Shown here in pieces: positions 11,095 through 22,879 of a DNA stretch of 31,325 nucleotides. The notes beneath the pieces were generated by a model, which was given only the letters and a program-made list of their open reading frames with translations, made no database searches and was not told the DNA's origin. The stretch lies in the NCBI RefSeq assembly GCF_004010195.1, contig NC_057751.1:1221968-1253292 (forward strand), given 5' to 3'. Numbering within the stretch: position 1 is the stretch's first letter; each line of letters begins with the position of its first letter. This stretch comes from Chiloscyllium plagiosum. Lineage: Eukaryota. The translations under genes were made by a program, and so were the position numbers.

Positions 11095-11265
11095 AATGGA
11101 ATCTTCTCCAGCTACCAGAGAGGGTAAATAGATGAGTGGCACCAATAACAGTACAGCACTCCCTTGGTGGGAAAACTGCTGAGAAGCCACGAATATGTGC
11201 TCAGTTCTGTTGGCTCCTTCTCAAACCCGCTGACTCTGAGAGGAGAGATCTGCTGGCTGAGGCAT
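11095..11265 (-). mobile_element. Degenerate Deu-domain SINE fragment
   Basis: ggcacc...acagtacagcactccct...tatgtgctcag...tgactctgagaggagag matches the antisense 5' half of the family. Confidence 0.5.
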
Positions 11266-11419
11266 CATCACATCACAGGTCATACCAAGCAGGGGGAGAG
11301 CGTTCAATCCACTTTGTCTGCATTGGCTCTTCAAATACCAGCTCACAATAGTGCCAGTCGCCTGCCTGTTTGTGTGACCCTGCACATTGTCCCTTCTCAA
11401 AATATTGGCTACATACCTT

Positions 11420-12185
11420 CAGAGAGCCTTCAGTGATCTTGCCTTCCCCACACTCTCAGACAGTACGTTCCAGACCCTAAATACTCAAGTGAAATTTCCT
11501 CCATCACCCTCTCACGATAATGCATTCTGGAAGTTAAATAGTTATATCATGAAAAAGATGTTTCTCATATCACTTTTGCCTCTCATTAATTACTTTAAAT
11601 CTACACCCTCTCATCCTCAATCCTTTCACCAGAGGGAACGTTTTTACTCTTCCCAGACCTCTCATGATTTTGAAGGCTTCCGTTCTTCCCAAGTCTCATC
11701 TTCTCCAGTCTGTCTTCATACCTGAGATTCCTCACTTCTGGAACCATTCTGTTCTGCACTCTCGCCATTGTCTTCACATCCTTCCCTACACAGAGCTCCG
11801 GCTGAGACTGAACTGGTGTCTTAAACAAGTTCAACATCACTGCCTTGCTCTTGTGGTCTCTGCTGCTATTAGAAAAAACTGAGGAGATTGTGTGCTTTCT
11901 GAACTTCCCTCTCCACCTGTCCTGCTATCTTCAAGAACTTATGCACAAATACACCCAGGTTCCTCTGCTCCTGCATCCCCTTTAAAGATGTTTTTATCGT
12001 GTCATTCATTTCATATTGTCTCTCCATATTCTTCCTCCCACTTCCCTACACTGAACTGCATCTGCCACCTGTCTGCCCAATCCAACCACATGTGACTGCC
12101 GACTTTGTCCTTCTGAAGTTGTTACCTTCTCACAGTTTGCAATGCGACCTTTGCAGACATTGAGATTTTCTCCTGAAGATCCGTG
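11420..12185 (-). mobile_element. Old CR1 LINE 3' region
   Basis: Minus-strand ORF 11601..11840 contains KDVKTMARVQ.RMVPEVRNLRYEDRLEK; WQMQFSVGK lies near 12060. Confidence 0.8.
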
Positions 12186-12527
12186 GAAAGGCAGGATCCT
12201 TCTTCAAAGGGAGACTCTCCAGTAACCAGCTCACATTGCAGTCTGAATCATCTGCAGTTTGTTCATGTTTTTATTCAGACTGCGTCCCAATGTCAGCATC
12301 CTCTGTATTTCCTCCTGTCTGGTTGCTGACAGAGGTGCCCTTTCAAACATGTCCAAACACAACCTTTTGTATTCAGCCAGAGAAAGCCTTAGCCATGCTT
12401 TCGCCTTACAGACAAGGGCCCTTTACCACAGCGATCACAACTGGTTACAACTTTAGCTGGTTTTGCCTTCTCATATTGGGACACGTTTTAATCCTCTCCC
12501 TGTGCCTTGTAGTAATGCTGCCAGTTT

Positions 12528-12730
12528 GACTCAATGGCTCATGTAGCTAGCACACTTATATTCGAGCTTGCAAGGTTTAGATTCAAAACCTATTCCAAAC
12601 CACGCTGTCAGACCCATGTACAGGCCTGAGGGAGTATTGCACAGCCACAGGGACAGAGCTTCCAGTGGGATGGTAAACTTCTCTGTCCTGACAGGTTTCT
12701 AGCAAAGATCAAATGAGACTATTTCACAGC
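12528..12730 (+). mobile_element. Degenerate Deu-domain SINE fragment
   Basis: Decayed A and B boxes (tggctcatgt, gattcaaaacc), then ctgagggagtattgcac...gatggtaaac...aaagatc...actattt. Confidence 0.55.
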
Positions 12731-13264
12731 GTTGTGGTGGGGGGGGGGGCGGTGAGCAGCCAGGGGAATAGAGCTGGTTGTCAGCAGCTGACAGCATGAG
12801 AGGGGACAGCCCAGCTGCCTGCTCAGTGTCAAGGCCCACATTGTCTGTTCGAGACTGGGCTCGAGCTCACAGTGGGAAGGGGAAGCTCCAGTTGTTGTTG
12901 CAATCTATGTGTGTAACAACCACGCTCACAGGGCTCAGAAGGCAATTCTGTTCAGGGATGACGAGAAGCTCAATGATGAGGCAGAATCTCCAAGGTAAAA
13001 AGCTCAGGATTATTACCTGAGCCACAAGCAAGTTGACCCACAGCCAAACACATTGGAGAGGGAAAGCTGAGACACGGGTGTGGGGGAAATGGATTTGCAT
13101 TCATTGGGCACTGGTGATGGGAAAAGTGGAGACTGTGTTACTGCGATGAACTTCACTTGATCAAGTTGGGATCCCCGTTGTGCTGACCATGTAGCTGCAG
13201 CAGTAGAGTGGGTTTTAACCAATTAGAGGGGAGAAGGGATCTTCTGAAAGGAACCACAAGCCAA

Positions 13265-13582
13265 GCAATCCAAAAGCTCAGGTAATGTTCTGGGGACATG
13301 GGGTTCTAGCCCCACCACAGCAGATGGTGACTTCAGAATTCAATAACAATCTGGACGGGAAAAGTCTCAGGCCGAGCACGTAACCATTGTGGATTATTCT
13401 TAAACCCCAGCTGGTTGACTAACATCCTCCAGGGAAGGAAATCTGGTGTCTTTACCTTGTTTGGCTGATGTGTGACTCCAAACCTCAGCAACGTGATTGA
13501 CTCTTAGCTGCCCTCTGGGCAATTAGGGATGGGCGATCAATACTGTCCTAGCCAGTGCCAACCCGCATCCCATGAAAAAAAT
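13265..13582 (+). mobile_element. tRNA-derived SINE with LINE-shared 3' tail
   Basis: B-box-like ggttctagccc, body gggaaggaaatctg...tgtgtgactcca, and tail gggcaattagggatgggc...gccagtgcc..catcccatgaaaaaaa. Confidence 0.8.
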
Positions 13583-14737
13583 AACATAAGTCAAAGGAAA
13601 ATAATAAAAATACCATGTGGATCTGCTTTGGGGAATGAAAACAGGAATGTTGCAGAGAGTGACAGAGTGTATAACCTTACATGCACACCAGCAGCACACA
13701 GACAGGGCCAGAGCGAGCAAACTGATAAAAAGGAGGTAGAGTTCAAGGCTGAGCATCTGAGTATGTGCAGCTATTCATAACAAAGTGGGTATACTTGGAA
13801 ATAAATATGATGGACATGACAGAAACATTGTTGCAGGGTGACCAAGCCTTGGGCTTGTACATTGAAGGGTATCTGACATTTGGAAAAAGTAGGAATTGAG
13901 GAGAAGCTGGTCAAGGGATTTCCGGAGGAGGGTAGCCCTGTTCATTCAGGGTGCTATTCATGTAATTGTGAGAGATGGCCTTGGCCTTAAAGGGCAATAA
14001 ATGGCTCCGAGTAAAAACCGGAAGGTTCCGAGTCCATTTGTGGGAGTATTGCGAAGACCCACCCCCAAGCAGCAGTTATGTGACTGATGGAGTGTTACAA
14101 AGACAGGGCAAAGTAATGTGTGACTTGAAACTATCTGTAGTTTGGTTGAATCTGATTGGTAAAGGTAGACTTCAAAAGCTGATCATAAAGTGTTTTTGGC
14201 CAAATATCTTTGAGCAGTAGGGTCTGAAGTAACTTGGCAGCAGGCTATATCAGCTAATCTGGTAATGAGACAGAGTAAATGGTTAGTTCACAGTAAAGGA
14301 GCCTCAACGTGACTGTGATCCGAATAATTGAATTCCATGCTCAGTTTGAAGGGGAGAAGTGTGTGCCCAATTCCCTGGTTTTAAACCTGAATTATATAAA
14401 AAAAGGTGGCACTGGCTGCAGTGAACTAAGTTCAAAGGTACAACGAAAGAGGAACAACAGCAGACTTCAAAGGAACAATGGAATATCTCTGAGTGAAGTT
14501 TTATCCTGTGAGAAAGAAAGACTCTTTGAGATGGACGCATCATCTGTGTCAAAGTAAAGAAATTAAGGATAGTGACAAATTGGAAGGAATACTGTGCAAT
14601 TCTGCAAAGATTCACGGTCAATCAGAACATTGGTCAGAGTTTTAAAAAACAGCAAAGAAAGACAAAAAAATTAGGGGGAGCAGGTGGAATATGAGAGAAA
14701 GCTAGTCAGGAATATAAAAATAGATTGATTTTTTTAT

Positions 14738-15121
14738 AAGCTGAGGGGTGACCTTATAGAGGTTTATAAAATCATGAGAGGCATGGATAGGATAAATACA
14801 CAAGGTCTTTTCCCTGGTTTGGGAAGTTCAGAACTAGAGGGCACAGATGTAAAGATGAGAGGGGAAAGATTTCAAAGGGACCTAAGGGGCAAGTTTTTCA
14901 CACAGAGGGTGGTACGTGTATGGAATGAGCTGCCAGAGGAAGTGGTGGAGGCTGGTTCAATTGCAACATTTAAAAGGCATCTGGATGGGTATATAAATAG
15001 GAAGGGTTTGGAGGGATATGGGCCAAGTGCTGGCAGGTGGGACTAGGTGAGTTTATGGTATGTGGTCGGCATGTATGTGTTAGAGCGAAGGGTCTGTTTC
15101 CATGCTGTATATCTCTATGAC
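14738..15121 (+). mobile_element. HER1/CR1 3' fragment nested in the older CR1
   Basis: Encodes LRGDLIEVYKIMRGMDRIN...WNELPEEVVEAG...GRWD*, followed by a 3' UTR. Closely similar to 1952-2360 and 30221-30585. Confidence 0.95.
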
Positions 15122-15487
15122 AGTGAGTAGATGAATCAGAAAAGAGGAACAGAAGCCAGTGTTGGCCCTGGAGAGAAAGAGTTTGGGAAATGGAGAACCC
15201 AATCACATGTAGGGAATTAGAAACAGTCACTGTTCCCACAGAAAAGGTGTTGGGAAGATTCAGAAACCTCAAGGTTGGCTCATCCTCAGGATCGGATCGC
15301 ATTCATTGTGGGGCCTTAATAGAAATGGCTGCCAAGTTTGCAGAGGCATTGGTTATAATTCCTTGGATTCCGGAAAGGTTCCAACCAATCGGCAAATTGG
15401 AGATATAACAGCTTGATCCAGGGAAGGAGAGAGACAGGATCCAACAAAGTCTAAACCAGTTACTGTAATGCCTGTCGTCAGGGAGTT

Positions 15488-15683
15488 GCTGAAAATGTGT
15501 TGCTGGAAAAGCGCAGCAGGTCAGGCAGCATCCAGGGAACAGGAGAATCGACGTTTCGGGCATAAGCCCTTCTTCAGGAACGTCGATTCTCCTGTTCCCT
15601 GGATGCTGCCTGACCTGCTGCACTTTTCCAGCAACACATTTTCAGCTCTGATCTCCAGCATCTGCAGTCCTCACTTTCACCAC
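15488..15683 (-). mobile_element. Short palindromic Penelope-like-derived insert with hammerhead-like motif
   Basis: 68-bp inverted arms at 15488-15555 and 15579-15646 with 1 mismatch. The direct repeat cagggagttgctg occurs at 15479 and 15684. The minus strand reads CTGAAGA-A-GGGCttatGCCC-GAAA-CGTC. Confidence 0.8.
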
Positions 15684-16758
15684 CAGGGAGTTGCTGGCTT
15701 CCATGAAAAAGAACAACACACCAGGATATTCTGGAAATTATAATGTGACCAGGCAGAGCCAACATGGCTTTGGGAAAGGAATATTGTCCTCAACTGAAAT
15801 GTTTTATGGTTTTTGTGAGGAAGGGGAGCCTACAGATGTGGTGTCCTCACATTTTCGAAAGGTATTTGAAAGTAATTCCACACCAGATAAGCGCATGTGA
15901 TGTATGGGGTAACATGTTTGGCGGGTTTGACCACATGGTCGTGTGTGGTTAGAGGACTGGGAACAAACAGGAAGCAGATTTGGGATAAATCAGTCTTTGT
16001 TGAGTTGGCAGGTTGTGACAGATGGAATGCCAGGCAGATCAGTGCCTTAACCCTGCCATCTATATCAGAGATCCTTGAATGAAGGGACTGACCCTCAATT
16101 TGCTGATTATTTTCAGATGAGCAGGAAAGTAAGTTATGTAGGGAGGTGGCAGGTCTGTACAGGAGAGTGTATGCAACGGGATACAGGCAGGTGTGGTACC
16201 TGGAAAAGAAATTGGCAGACGGAGTATCGTGTGGGAAAATGTGAACTTGTCCACTTTGGCTGGAAGAATAGAAACAACAGGGCGCTATTTAAATGGAGAA
16301 GTCATTGGCATGGAGAGGTTTCACTTTCCTGGTACATGGACCACAAAACGTGAGGGTGCAAGTGCAGCAAGTGATCAGAAAGGCAAGGAGATTGCTGTCA
16401 TTTTTTGCAAGAGGAATGATTTAGAACAAGACTGAAGTGTTCCTGCAGCGAGACAGGGCATTGCTGGAACCACATCCGAAATACCGTGGACGCTTTTGGA
16501 TTAGTCATTTGGAAAATAGACACCATTACTTTCAAAGGGATCAAAAAAGGTTGGGTGACTGAGAGAATTTTTCGTCTTGTGGGGCAGACTTGAACCGGAG
16601 CGCACAGTTTATGTACGAGACATTTCCCTTGAAGGCTGAGGCTGGGAGAATTGTTTATTCTCAAAGAGTCTTTTGGCTGTGGACTGCCCTTCACAATTGG
16701 GGCTACACAGGGAATAGAATTTACATAGAGAGGTGCAACTCATCTGTACCAAACTAAC

Positions 16759-17885
16759 GTGAAGTCACATGGTGTGCAGGGTGTTCTAGCTAGGTGGATA
16801 AAAAAACTGGTTGAGCAACAGGAGACAGAGAGTAGTAGTTGAAGGGAGTTTCTCAAAATGGAGAAAGGTGACCATTGGTGTTCCACAGGGGTCAGAATTG
16901 GGGCCACTGTTGTTTGTAATATACATAAATGATCTGGAAGAGGGCACTGTTGGTATGATCAGCAAGTTTGCAGATGACACAAAGATTGGTGGAGTAGCAG
17001 AAAGCATAAGGGATTGTCAAAGAACGCAGGAGAATATCGATAGATTGGAGAGTTGGGCGGAGAAGAGACAGCTGGAGTTCAATCCAGGCAAATGTGAGGT
17101 GATGCATTTTGGGAAGTCTAATTCTAGAGTGAACTATATTGTAAATGGAAGAGCCTTGGGAAAAGTTGATGGGCAGAGAGATCTGGGAGTGCAGGTCCAC
17201 TGTACCCTGAAAGTTGTTGCACAGGTGGATAGAGTGGTCAAGAAGGCATATGGTATGCTTGTCTTCATCGAACGGGGTATTAAGTATAAGAGCTGGCAAA
17301 TCATGTTATAATTGTACAGGACGTTGGTTCGGCCGCATTTAGAATACTGTGTACAGTCCTGGTCGCCACATTACCAAAAAGATGTGGATGCTTTAGAGAG
17401 GGTGCGGAGAAGGTTTACGAGGATGTTGCCTGGTATGGAAGGTGCTGGCTATGAAGAGAGGTTGATTAGGTTAGCTTTGTTTTCATTAGAAAAAAGGAGA
17501 TTGAGGGGGGACCCTGATTGAGGTTTACAACGTCATGAAGGGTATAGACAGGGTGGATAGAGACAAGCTTTTTCCCAGGGTGAAGGATTCAATAGCGAGA
17601 AGTCACACTTTCAAGGTGAGATGTGGAAAGTTTAAGGGGGAGACATGCAGCAAGTACTTCACACAGAGGGTGGTGGGCATTTGGAACACGTTGCCAGCAG
17701 AGGTGGTAGAGGCGGGCACGGGAGATTCATTTAAGATGCGTCTGGACAGATGCATGAGTAGGTGGGGAACAGAGGGATACAGATGTTTTGGAATTGGGCG
17801 ACAGGTTTAGACAGTAGATTTGGATCGGCCTCAGGCTTGGAGGGCCGAAGGGCCTGTTCCTGGGCTGTAAATTTTCTTTGTTGTT
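16759..17885 (+). mobile_element. Relatively young CR1 LINE, 5'-truncated (RT to 3' UTR)
   Basis: ORFs 16811-17810 read GVPQGSELGPLLFVIYINDL...[25 protein letters not shown] and FTQRVVGIWNTLP. The tail is gggccgaagggcctgttcctgggctgt. Confidence 0.95.
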
Positions 17886-17887
17886 AA

Positions 17888-18800
17888 ACTTGCCCCATTT
17901 GTCTGAATGTGGCCCCTATCCCTTGAAACCTTTCATGTTCATGTACTTATTCACATGTCTTTTGAATGGTGTAACTGTACTTCCATCTACCACTTCCCTG
18001 AGAGATGATTCCACAGACAAATCAGTCTCTGTGTGACAAAGTTGCCCCTCAGGTCCCTTTCAAATCTTTCTCCTCCCAACTTAAAAAATATGCCCCCTCG
18101 TTTTGAACTTCACCACCCGAGGGGTAAGACCTTTGCTGTTCACCTTATCTCTACCAGTCATCATTTTCTAAACTTCCACAAGGTCACTCCTCAACATCCT
18201 CAGCTTGAGTGAAAAGAAATCCCAGCCTTTCCAGCCTGTCCTTATGACTCAAATCCTTCAATCCCAGTAATATCCTTTTAATCTTTTTAAATCAATATAA
18301 TAATTGCCTTCCTACGGCAGGCTGACCAGGACTGTAGACTGGACCCCAGAAATGGCCTCACCAATATCCTGCAACAACTACAACATACCACCCCAAATCC
18401 TGTACTCAGTGGTGTGAGCAATGAAGGCAAGCAGGCCAAATGCCGCCTTAATCATCCACTCTACCTCTAATGCAGCTTTCAATGAACTAAATTCCTACAG
18501 CCCAGATCTCTCTGTTTGACAACACTCCCCAGGGCCCTGCCATTAATTGTGTAAGTCCTATCCCTGTATGGTTTCCCCAAAATGAACACCTTGCATTTAT
18601 CCAAATTAAACTCCATCTCCTCTTCCTTGGCCCATTGACTCAATGGATCAAGATTCCTTTGTGATCTTAGCTAACGTTCTTCAGTTTTGCACTGTCCCAC
18701 CGATTCTGGTATCATCTGCAAATTTCCAAACCTATCCTTCAATATTTTCATCCAAATCTTTTATATAAATGACAAACAGCAGTTGACCCAGTACCCATGA
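17888..18800 (-). mobile_element. CR1 LINE 3' ~900 bp, antisense, abutting the previous copy tail-to-tail
   Basis: The reverse strand encodes LFVIYIKDL..KFADDTRIGG, LRGNFVTQR and WNHLS.EVVD. Confidence 0.9.
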
Positions 18801-18829
18801 CTCTATTACTCTCTTACTGTGTAGAAAGG

Positions 18830-18965
18830 GAGGTGAGAGTCATGATGGATGAATGGGAAAGTGGAGTTGAGATCACAGCCAGACCAGCTGTGATCTAGTG
18901 GAATGGTACAGTCTGGTCAATGGGCTGAATGTCCCCACATGTTCTCAGATCTTGTGTGCTATGCT
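18830..18965 (+). mobile_element. CR1 3' UTR remnant
   Basis: gggaaagtggagttgagatcacagccagaccagctgtgatctagtggaatgg...gggctgaatg. Confidence 0.6.
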
Positions 18966-19047
18966 CATGGGCTGGCAGGCTGCAGTGCAAGGAAAGAGAA
19001 ATTCATGTTTGAGACAGAATGATAGTAGACAGTGGTGTTTCTTAAGG

Positions 19048-19163
19048 CGAAAGTGGGTACTGCAGATGCTGGAGATTAGAGTCCAGATTAGGGTGGTGCT
19101 GGAAATGGACAGCATCCGAGGAGCAGGAGAATCGATGTTTCAGGCAAAAGCCCTTCATCAGGG
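19048..19163 (-). mobile_element. Short Penelope-like-derived insert (single arm), same family as 15488
   Basis: Shares ctgcagatgctggagat and cagcatcc..gg..caggagaatcga with the 15488 element. The flanking direct repeats agtggtgtttcttaagg (19031) and agtgatgtttctcaagg (19164) match at 15 of 17 bases. Confidence 0.8.
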
Positions 19164-19599
19164 AGTGATGTTTCTCAAGGTCAGTATAAGGATCACTGCA
19201 GAGCGGTGACTTGGATGTTGGAATACAGAGTGAGGTTTGATCAGTGTTGATCAGGCCTGACTTGCTGTGGTAACACTGAGCTTGAGAAGGCTGGTCTGCA
19301 CTGTATTGTTGACAGCCTTTCCAAGGGCCACCCAGGAGGCGAGGTCGAGACTGAGAGATGGTGCATTTGACACAAGAGATAGCAGGAAGCAAAATGGACC
19401 GAATGGCCCAGGATGGAAGAGTAATCAGGCTCATGACAACCAGAGTGCAACCATCTTATCTTCTCAATGTGGCCAGCATTATTGTTTCCTGTCTGAGTAT
19501 TCTCCTCGGTTGTAGTTCTGATCGGCAGAAGGTAAAAAGGTTCAAGTTTAGCAGTGATTGAGGAGCGGACTGAGCAACGCTGAACGACACGCTGCCGAA

Positions 19600-20130
19600 T
19601 TCGAGACATTGAACACAAAGCCAGGGGAGCAATGCCAGACCTTGATCAAAGCAGGCACATTGATTGAAGCACACTTCTGTTTCAAACATGGTGAATTGTT
19701 CTATTGGCGTCTGGCTCAGCCCTGTTGGGTACTGTGCCCTGTTCTGGTCACCACTTGTTGGAAACATTGGGAGGTTGTGCCGTGGAGACCAAGCAGAATG
19801 GTTCTGGGGGTGTTTGAGCAACACGAGGTGGTTGGAAAGGTTGGTCTTGATCTGGGGAGATGTGTGAGACGTACATGAGAAGAGGCATTTGGAACAGTTG
19901 ACCCAAGCTGATCCCCTGAGCTGATGTCTGAGGACCAGACAATGCAGCTTGTGCTTTTCAGGGAGACGCAGGAAGGTGTGAGGATAGCCAGTGGGAATTA
20001 TCTGGAATTTGCTGCTGAGATGGCTGCTGGAGGGAGAGGTTTTTTCAAGGATCTCTGAGGGAAATTGGATCAGAACTTGAGGGCGATAAACCTGCAGGCT
20101 GTGGGGCTGAGAGCGACAGGATTCCCTGCA
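19600..20130 (+). mobile_element. Very old CR1 3' fragment
   Basis: LGYCALFWSP resembles LEYCVQFWSP, followed by a decayed WNLL and 3' region. Confidence 0.55.
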
Positions 20131-20667
20131 GCATGCTGTGTGGGATCTGCAGCCAATCTGAGAGTGGTTCCCCGGCATCTCAGCCTCACCTAGGAACAGC
20201 ACCACACTCACCAGATTGAATGAGACTTAAGCATAATGTTGGTGACTGGAGCGTGCTGTGTGCACTTTGCTTATGTGAACCCTGTCTCTCCTGTGTGTTA
20301 GCTGGGTTCCATTTCGTTACACCCAGGCTAACACCCACAACCATGCTGCCTGGCCCTGAGTTCCACAGTACCCTCACTCACACCCTGAGGAAAGAAGGCA
20401 GCAAGACCTGCTCAGGAGATGGGTCACACTGACAGGGTGACTGAAATAATACTTGTGATACATCTCACTCACTGTGAGTGCATGAGCATCACTGATAGTT
20501 CCTGGTCAAACAGACCACTTACTGGGCAATGTTCATTTGTATCGGTGCAGGGCAGCTCAAATCCTTCATCTTTAGTCTCACAGGCACCGTTTACTGACTG
20601 TGAATGGACACCTCTTACTCCTGTGTGAAAGACCCCAGGGCCTCATGTCCGCCTGTCCCTGGGAAAC

Positions 20668-20740
20668 CGGCTTGAAGGGGCTGAATGGCCTCCTCCTGTC
20701 TACGTGTATCTGTCTTGAGGGGCTGAATGGCCTCCTGTTG
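20668..20740 (+). repeat. Two tandem CR1 terminal stubs
   Basis: aggggctgaatggcctcct occurs twice, about 43 bp apart. Confidence 0.7.
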
Positions 20741-21439
20741 CTGGGAAGCAGGTTTGAGGAGGAGAGTGAGTAGCCTGCTGCTGTAAGTAGTTGTGAAAAA
20801 AGGAACAGATCCTCATTTTCTGTGCCTGCTGACAGAAAGGATTTGATGGCTCATTAAAAGCCATTGCAGGAGAGCTACAGCTGACAGTAATTTCTAACCT
20901 CTCCCTCTCCCTGCTGAGTGCACTTATCAGATGGTGAAAGATTGGCTTGTAATCTGTGTGGTGAAAGAGTGCTTGAATGTGAATGTGGATCGAAGCCATG
21001 TTTGAACCCAGCTGGAATTAAAATGCAGGGAAAGTTGACCCAGCCGTATGTCGATCTGTCATACTTTACACATAGTTCAGGCAGGAGCTATACCCATTCA
21101 ACCACTGGCTCTGTCTACAGTCACTTTGACAAATTTGCAGGAAAACTGGCATCTCTCGGAATTGTTCTGATCACAGGAGGGTGTTGGTCAGTGAGAACCA
21201 GACTTTAGGGAGGATGACAACGCTCTAAAGAGAGAATCCTGGAGGTTTCCTGCAATAGTTTCAGTGATGAAGCAGTTGAGGAGGGGTCGAGAGAATGGAG
21301 GAGCTGAGATTGGTCTCCTTGGAGCACGGAAGGATGATACAAGATGTCAGAGGGATGTTCAAAAAAATGCAGACTTGCTATCACTGAATCTAGCTTCCTG
21401 TTCCAGGTTGATTTGATTTAAGTACATTTCAACTCCTCA

Positions 21440-21560
21440 GTGTCGGTGCCCTCCCTCAACACTGACCCTGTGACAGTGTGGTGCTGCCTGAGTGACAGTC
21501 TGGATTGTGTGTTCGAATGTTTTTCATGGGGAGTGAATTGAGGAGCTGAATTTGCAAGTC
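21440..21560 (-). mobile_element. Deu-SINE remnant with one to two units of the 33-mer
   Basis: ctccctcaacactgaccctgtgacagtgtgg matches the 6101-7375 unit. Confidence 0.55.
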
Positions 21561-22239
21561 ACAGCATTTGAGGAGTTGATTCCACAGATACCTAACCCCC
21601 ACCTCATGTTGGTTGGGGAACTGGGAATTGGGGATCCTGTTTGTCATGTGCTGTGCCCTGGGTGGGAAGAGATTGACTGGAGAGCTGAGCTGTATTGATG
21701 TTTCCCAGATGCTGGATGCCCTGTGATACTCTGGTTGGTCAGGTTTGGCTTTCATTTTGCCCCAACTTAAACTGAGGTCTGTGTCTGGCTCGGTCTTTCT
21801 CATGAACAGAGGTCTCTCATTGGCATGTACCAGGGTAGGAGAGCGTGCCCATTAGCTTTCTGATTCCCCCAACCTTCCCCACAGCAGTGAATGATAATGC
21901 AGAGGCAGACTCTGTGAGTGAATCGAGGCAGTACGGTCTCCAGATTACCCAGTGTTGCCGGTGTCCATTCAGCCCACTGTCCCCATCCCTGTTGTCTGAC
22001 TGTGGGGAAATCATCCTCAGGAGAGCAGGATGTTTGTCCCTGTCTCGTTGTGTTTGGATTCTGGCAGCTTCCTAGCTCGGGATGTTTGCATGCAAGCAGC
22101 TGGAATCCTGGTGTGTGAGATTTCTCTCTCCATTGCTGGAAGTGAGCTGTGTGAACAGAGCAGGCCTCTCAGACACATTTGCTGGAGGCCCACACAGGAA
22201 TGCTGTGCCTCAGCCTGGTCTTCTTCAGCTGTGATTCAG

Positions 22240-22370
22240 TGCTGGGCTCTGTGTGAGGGATTGAACACAAACCCCAGGCTGCCTTCGGGTGGGATGGTAC
22301 TCAGGGTGTTCGACACTCTGCACAACTGCTGCCTTTTGATGAGACTGAGGGCTGTCGGGCCTCTTTGAGA
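22240..22370 (+). mobile_element. Degenerate Deu-SINE fragment
   Basis: ttgaacacaaaccccaggctg...gtactcagggtg...tgctgccttttgatgagac. Confidence 0.45.
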
Positions 22371-22384
22371 TAAATTTCCCACAG

Positions 22385-22502
22385 AAAATAAAAGCTCAAA
22401 CTCAACGTAGAAAGTGGTGGAAAAATGCACAAGGTCCCACCAGCCTCCCTGGGGAGAAAAACCGAGTTAGTGTTTCACGTGTGCATTCTCCAGAACTGAA
22501 GG
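22385..22502 (-). mobile_element. Decayed Penelope-like short element
   Basis: agaaagtggtggaaaaatgcacaaggtc..cagcctc..tggggagaaaaaccgagttagtgtttc...ttctccagaactg has the same layout as the 15488, 19048 and 25368 arms. Confidence 0.5.
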
Positions 22503-22879
22503 TCTGAATGATGAATTGAACGGTCATCCATCCCTTTGCGATCTCGCTCTGTACAAATCTCTCTCTGTGATACAAGGTTTGTGTCATGGGACAGTCATTG
22601 AAGAACTGAAACAATTGGAGACCTGCTGAGGATGGGGTAGGCACTATCAAGATATACAGCCTGTTCTGTCTGTGCTGGCTCTTTAGAAGGACCTAGCTGT
22701 TGAAACATTTGGAGTTGTAGGTCAATATTCCGTTCTCTTTTGAAAGTTAATGTCCGCTTTCCATACTGGATGGTGAAATGTGTTCCTCTGTAGACACGGA
22801 AGAATGATATTGTCAGGAAGAGATCCAGCCTTCACAGGAAAGCAAGCTCAGACCTTCATCTCCAGTAGGTCCAGCCCTG

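Larger units (their letters stand above)
13720..16700 (+). mobile_element. Old CR1 LINE spanning most of ORF2, heavily decayed and interrupted by younger inserts
   Basis: Remnants occur in order: TETLLQGDQ (endonuclease), GGGVAL, VKEP...IEFHAQFEGEK, SQHGF.KG, FADY, CELVHFG.KN, PH.KY. Confidence 0.8.

Noticed and set aside
16811..17810. Possibly active reverse transcriptase gene
   Set aside because: 5'-truncated and broken by a stop and a frameshift; a dead CR1 copy.
19456..20211. 251-aa minus-strand ORF
   Set aside because: Largely antisense to a decayed CR1, with no recognisable domain.
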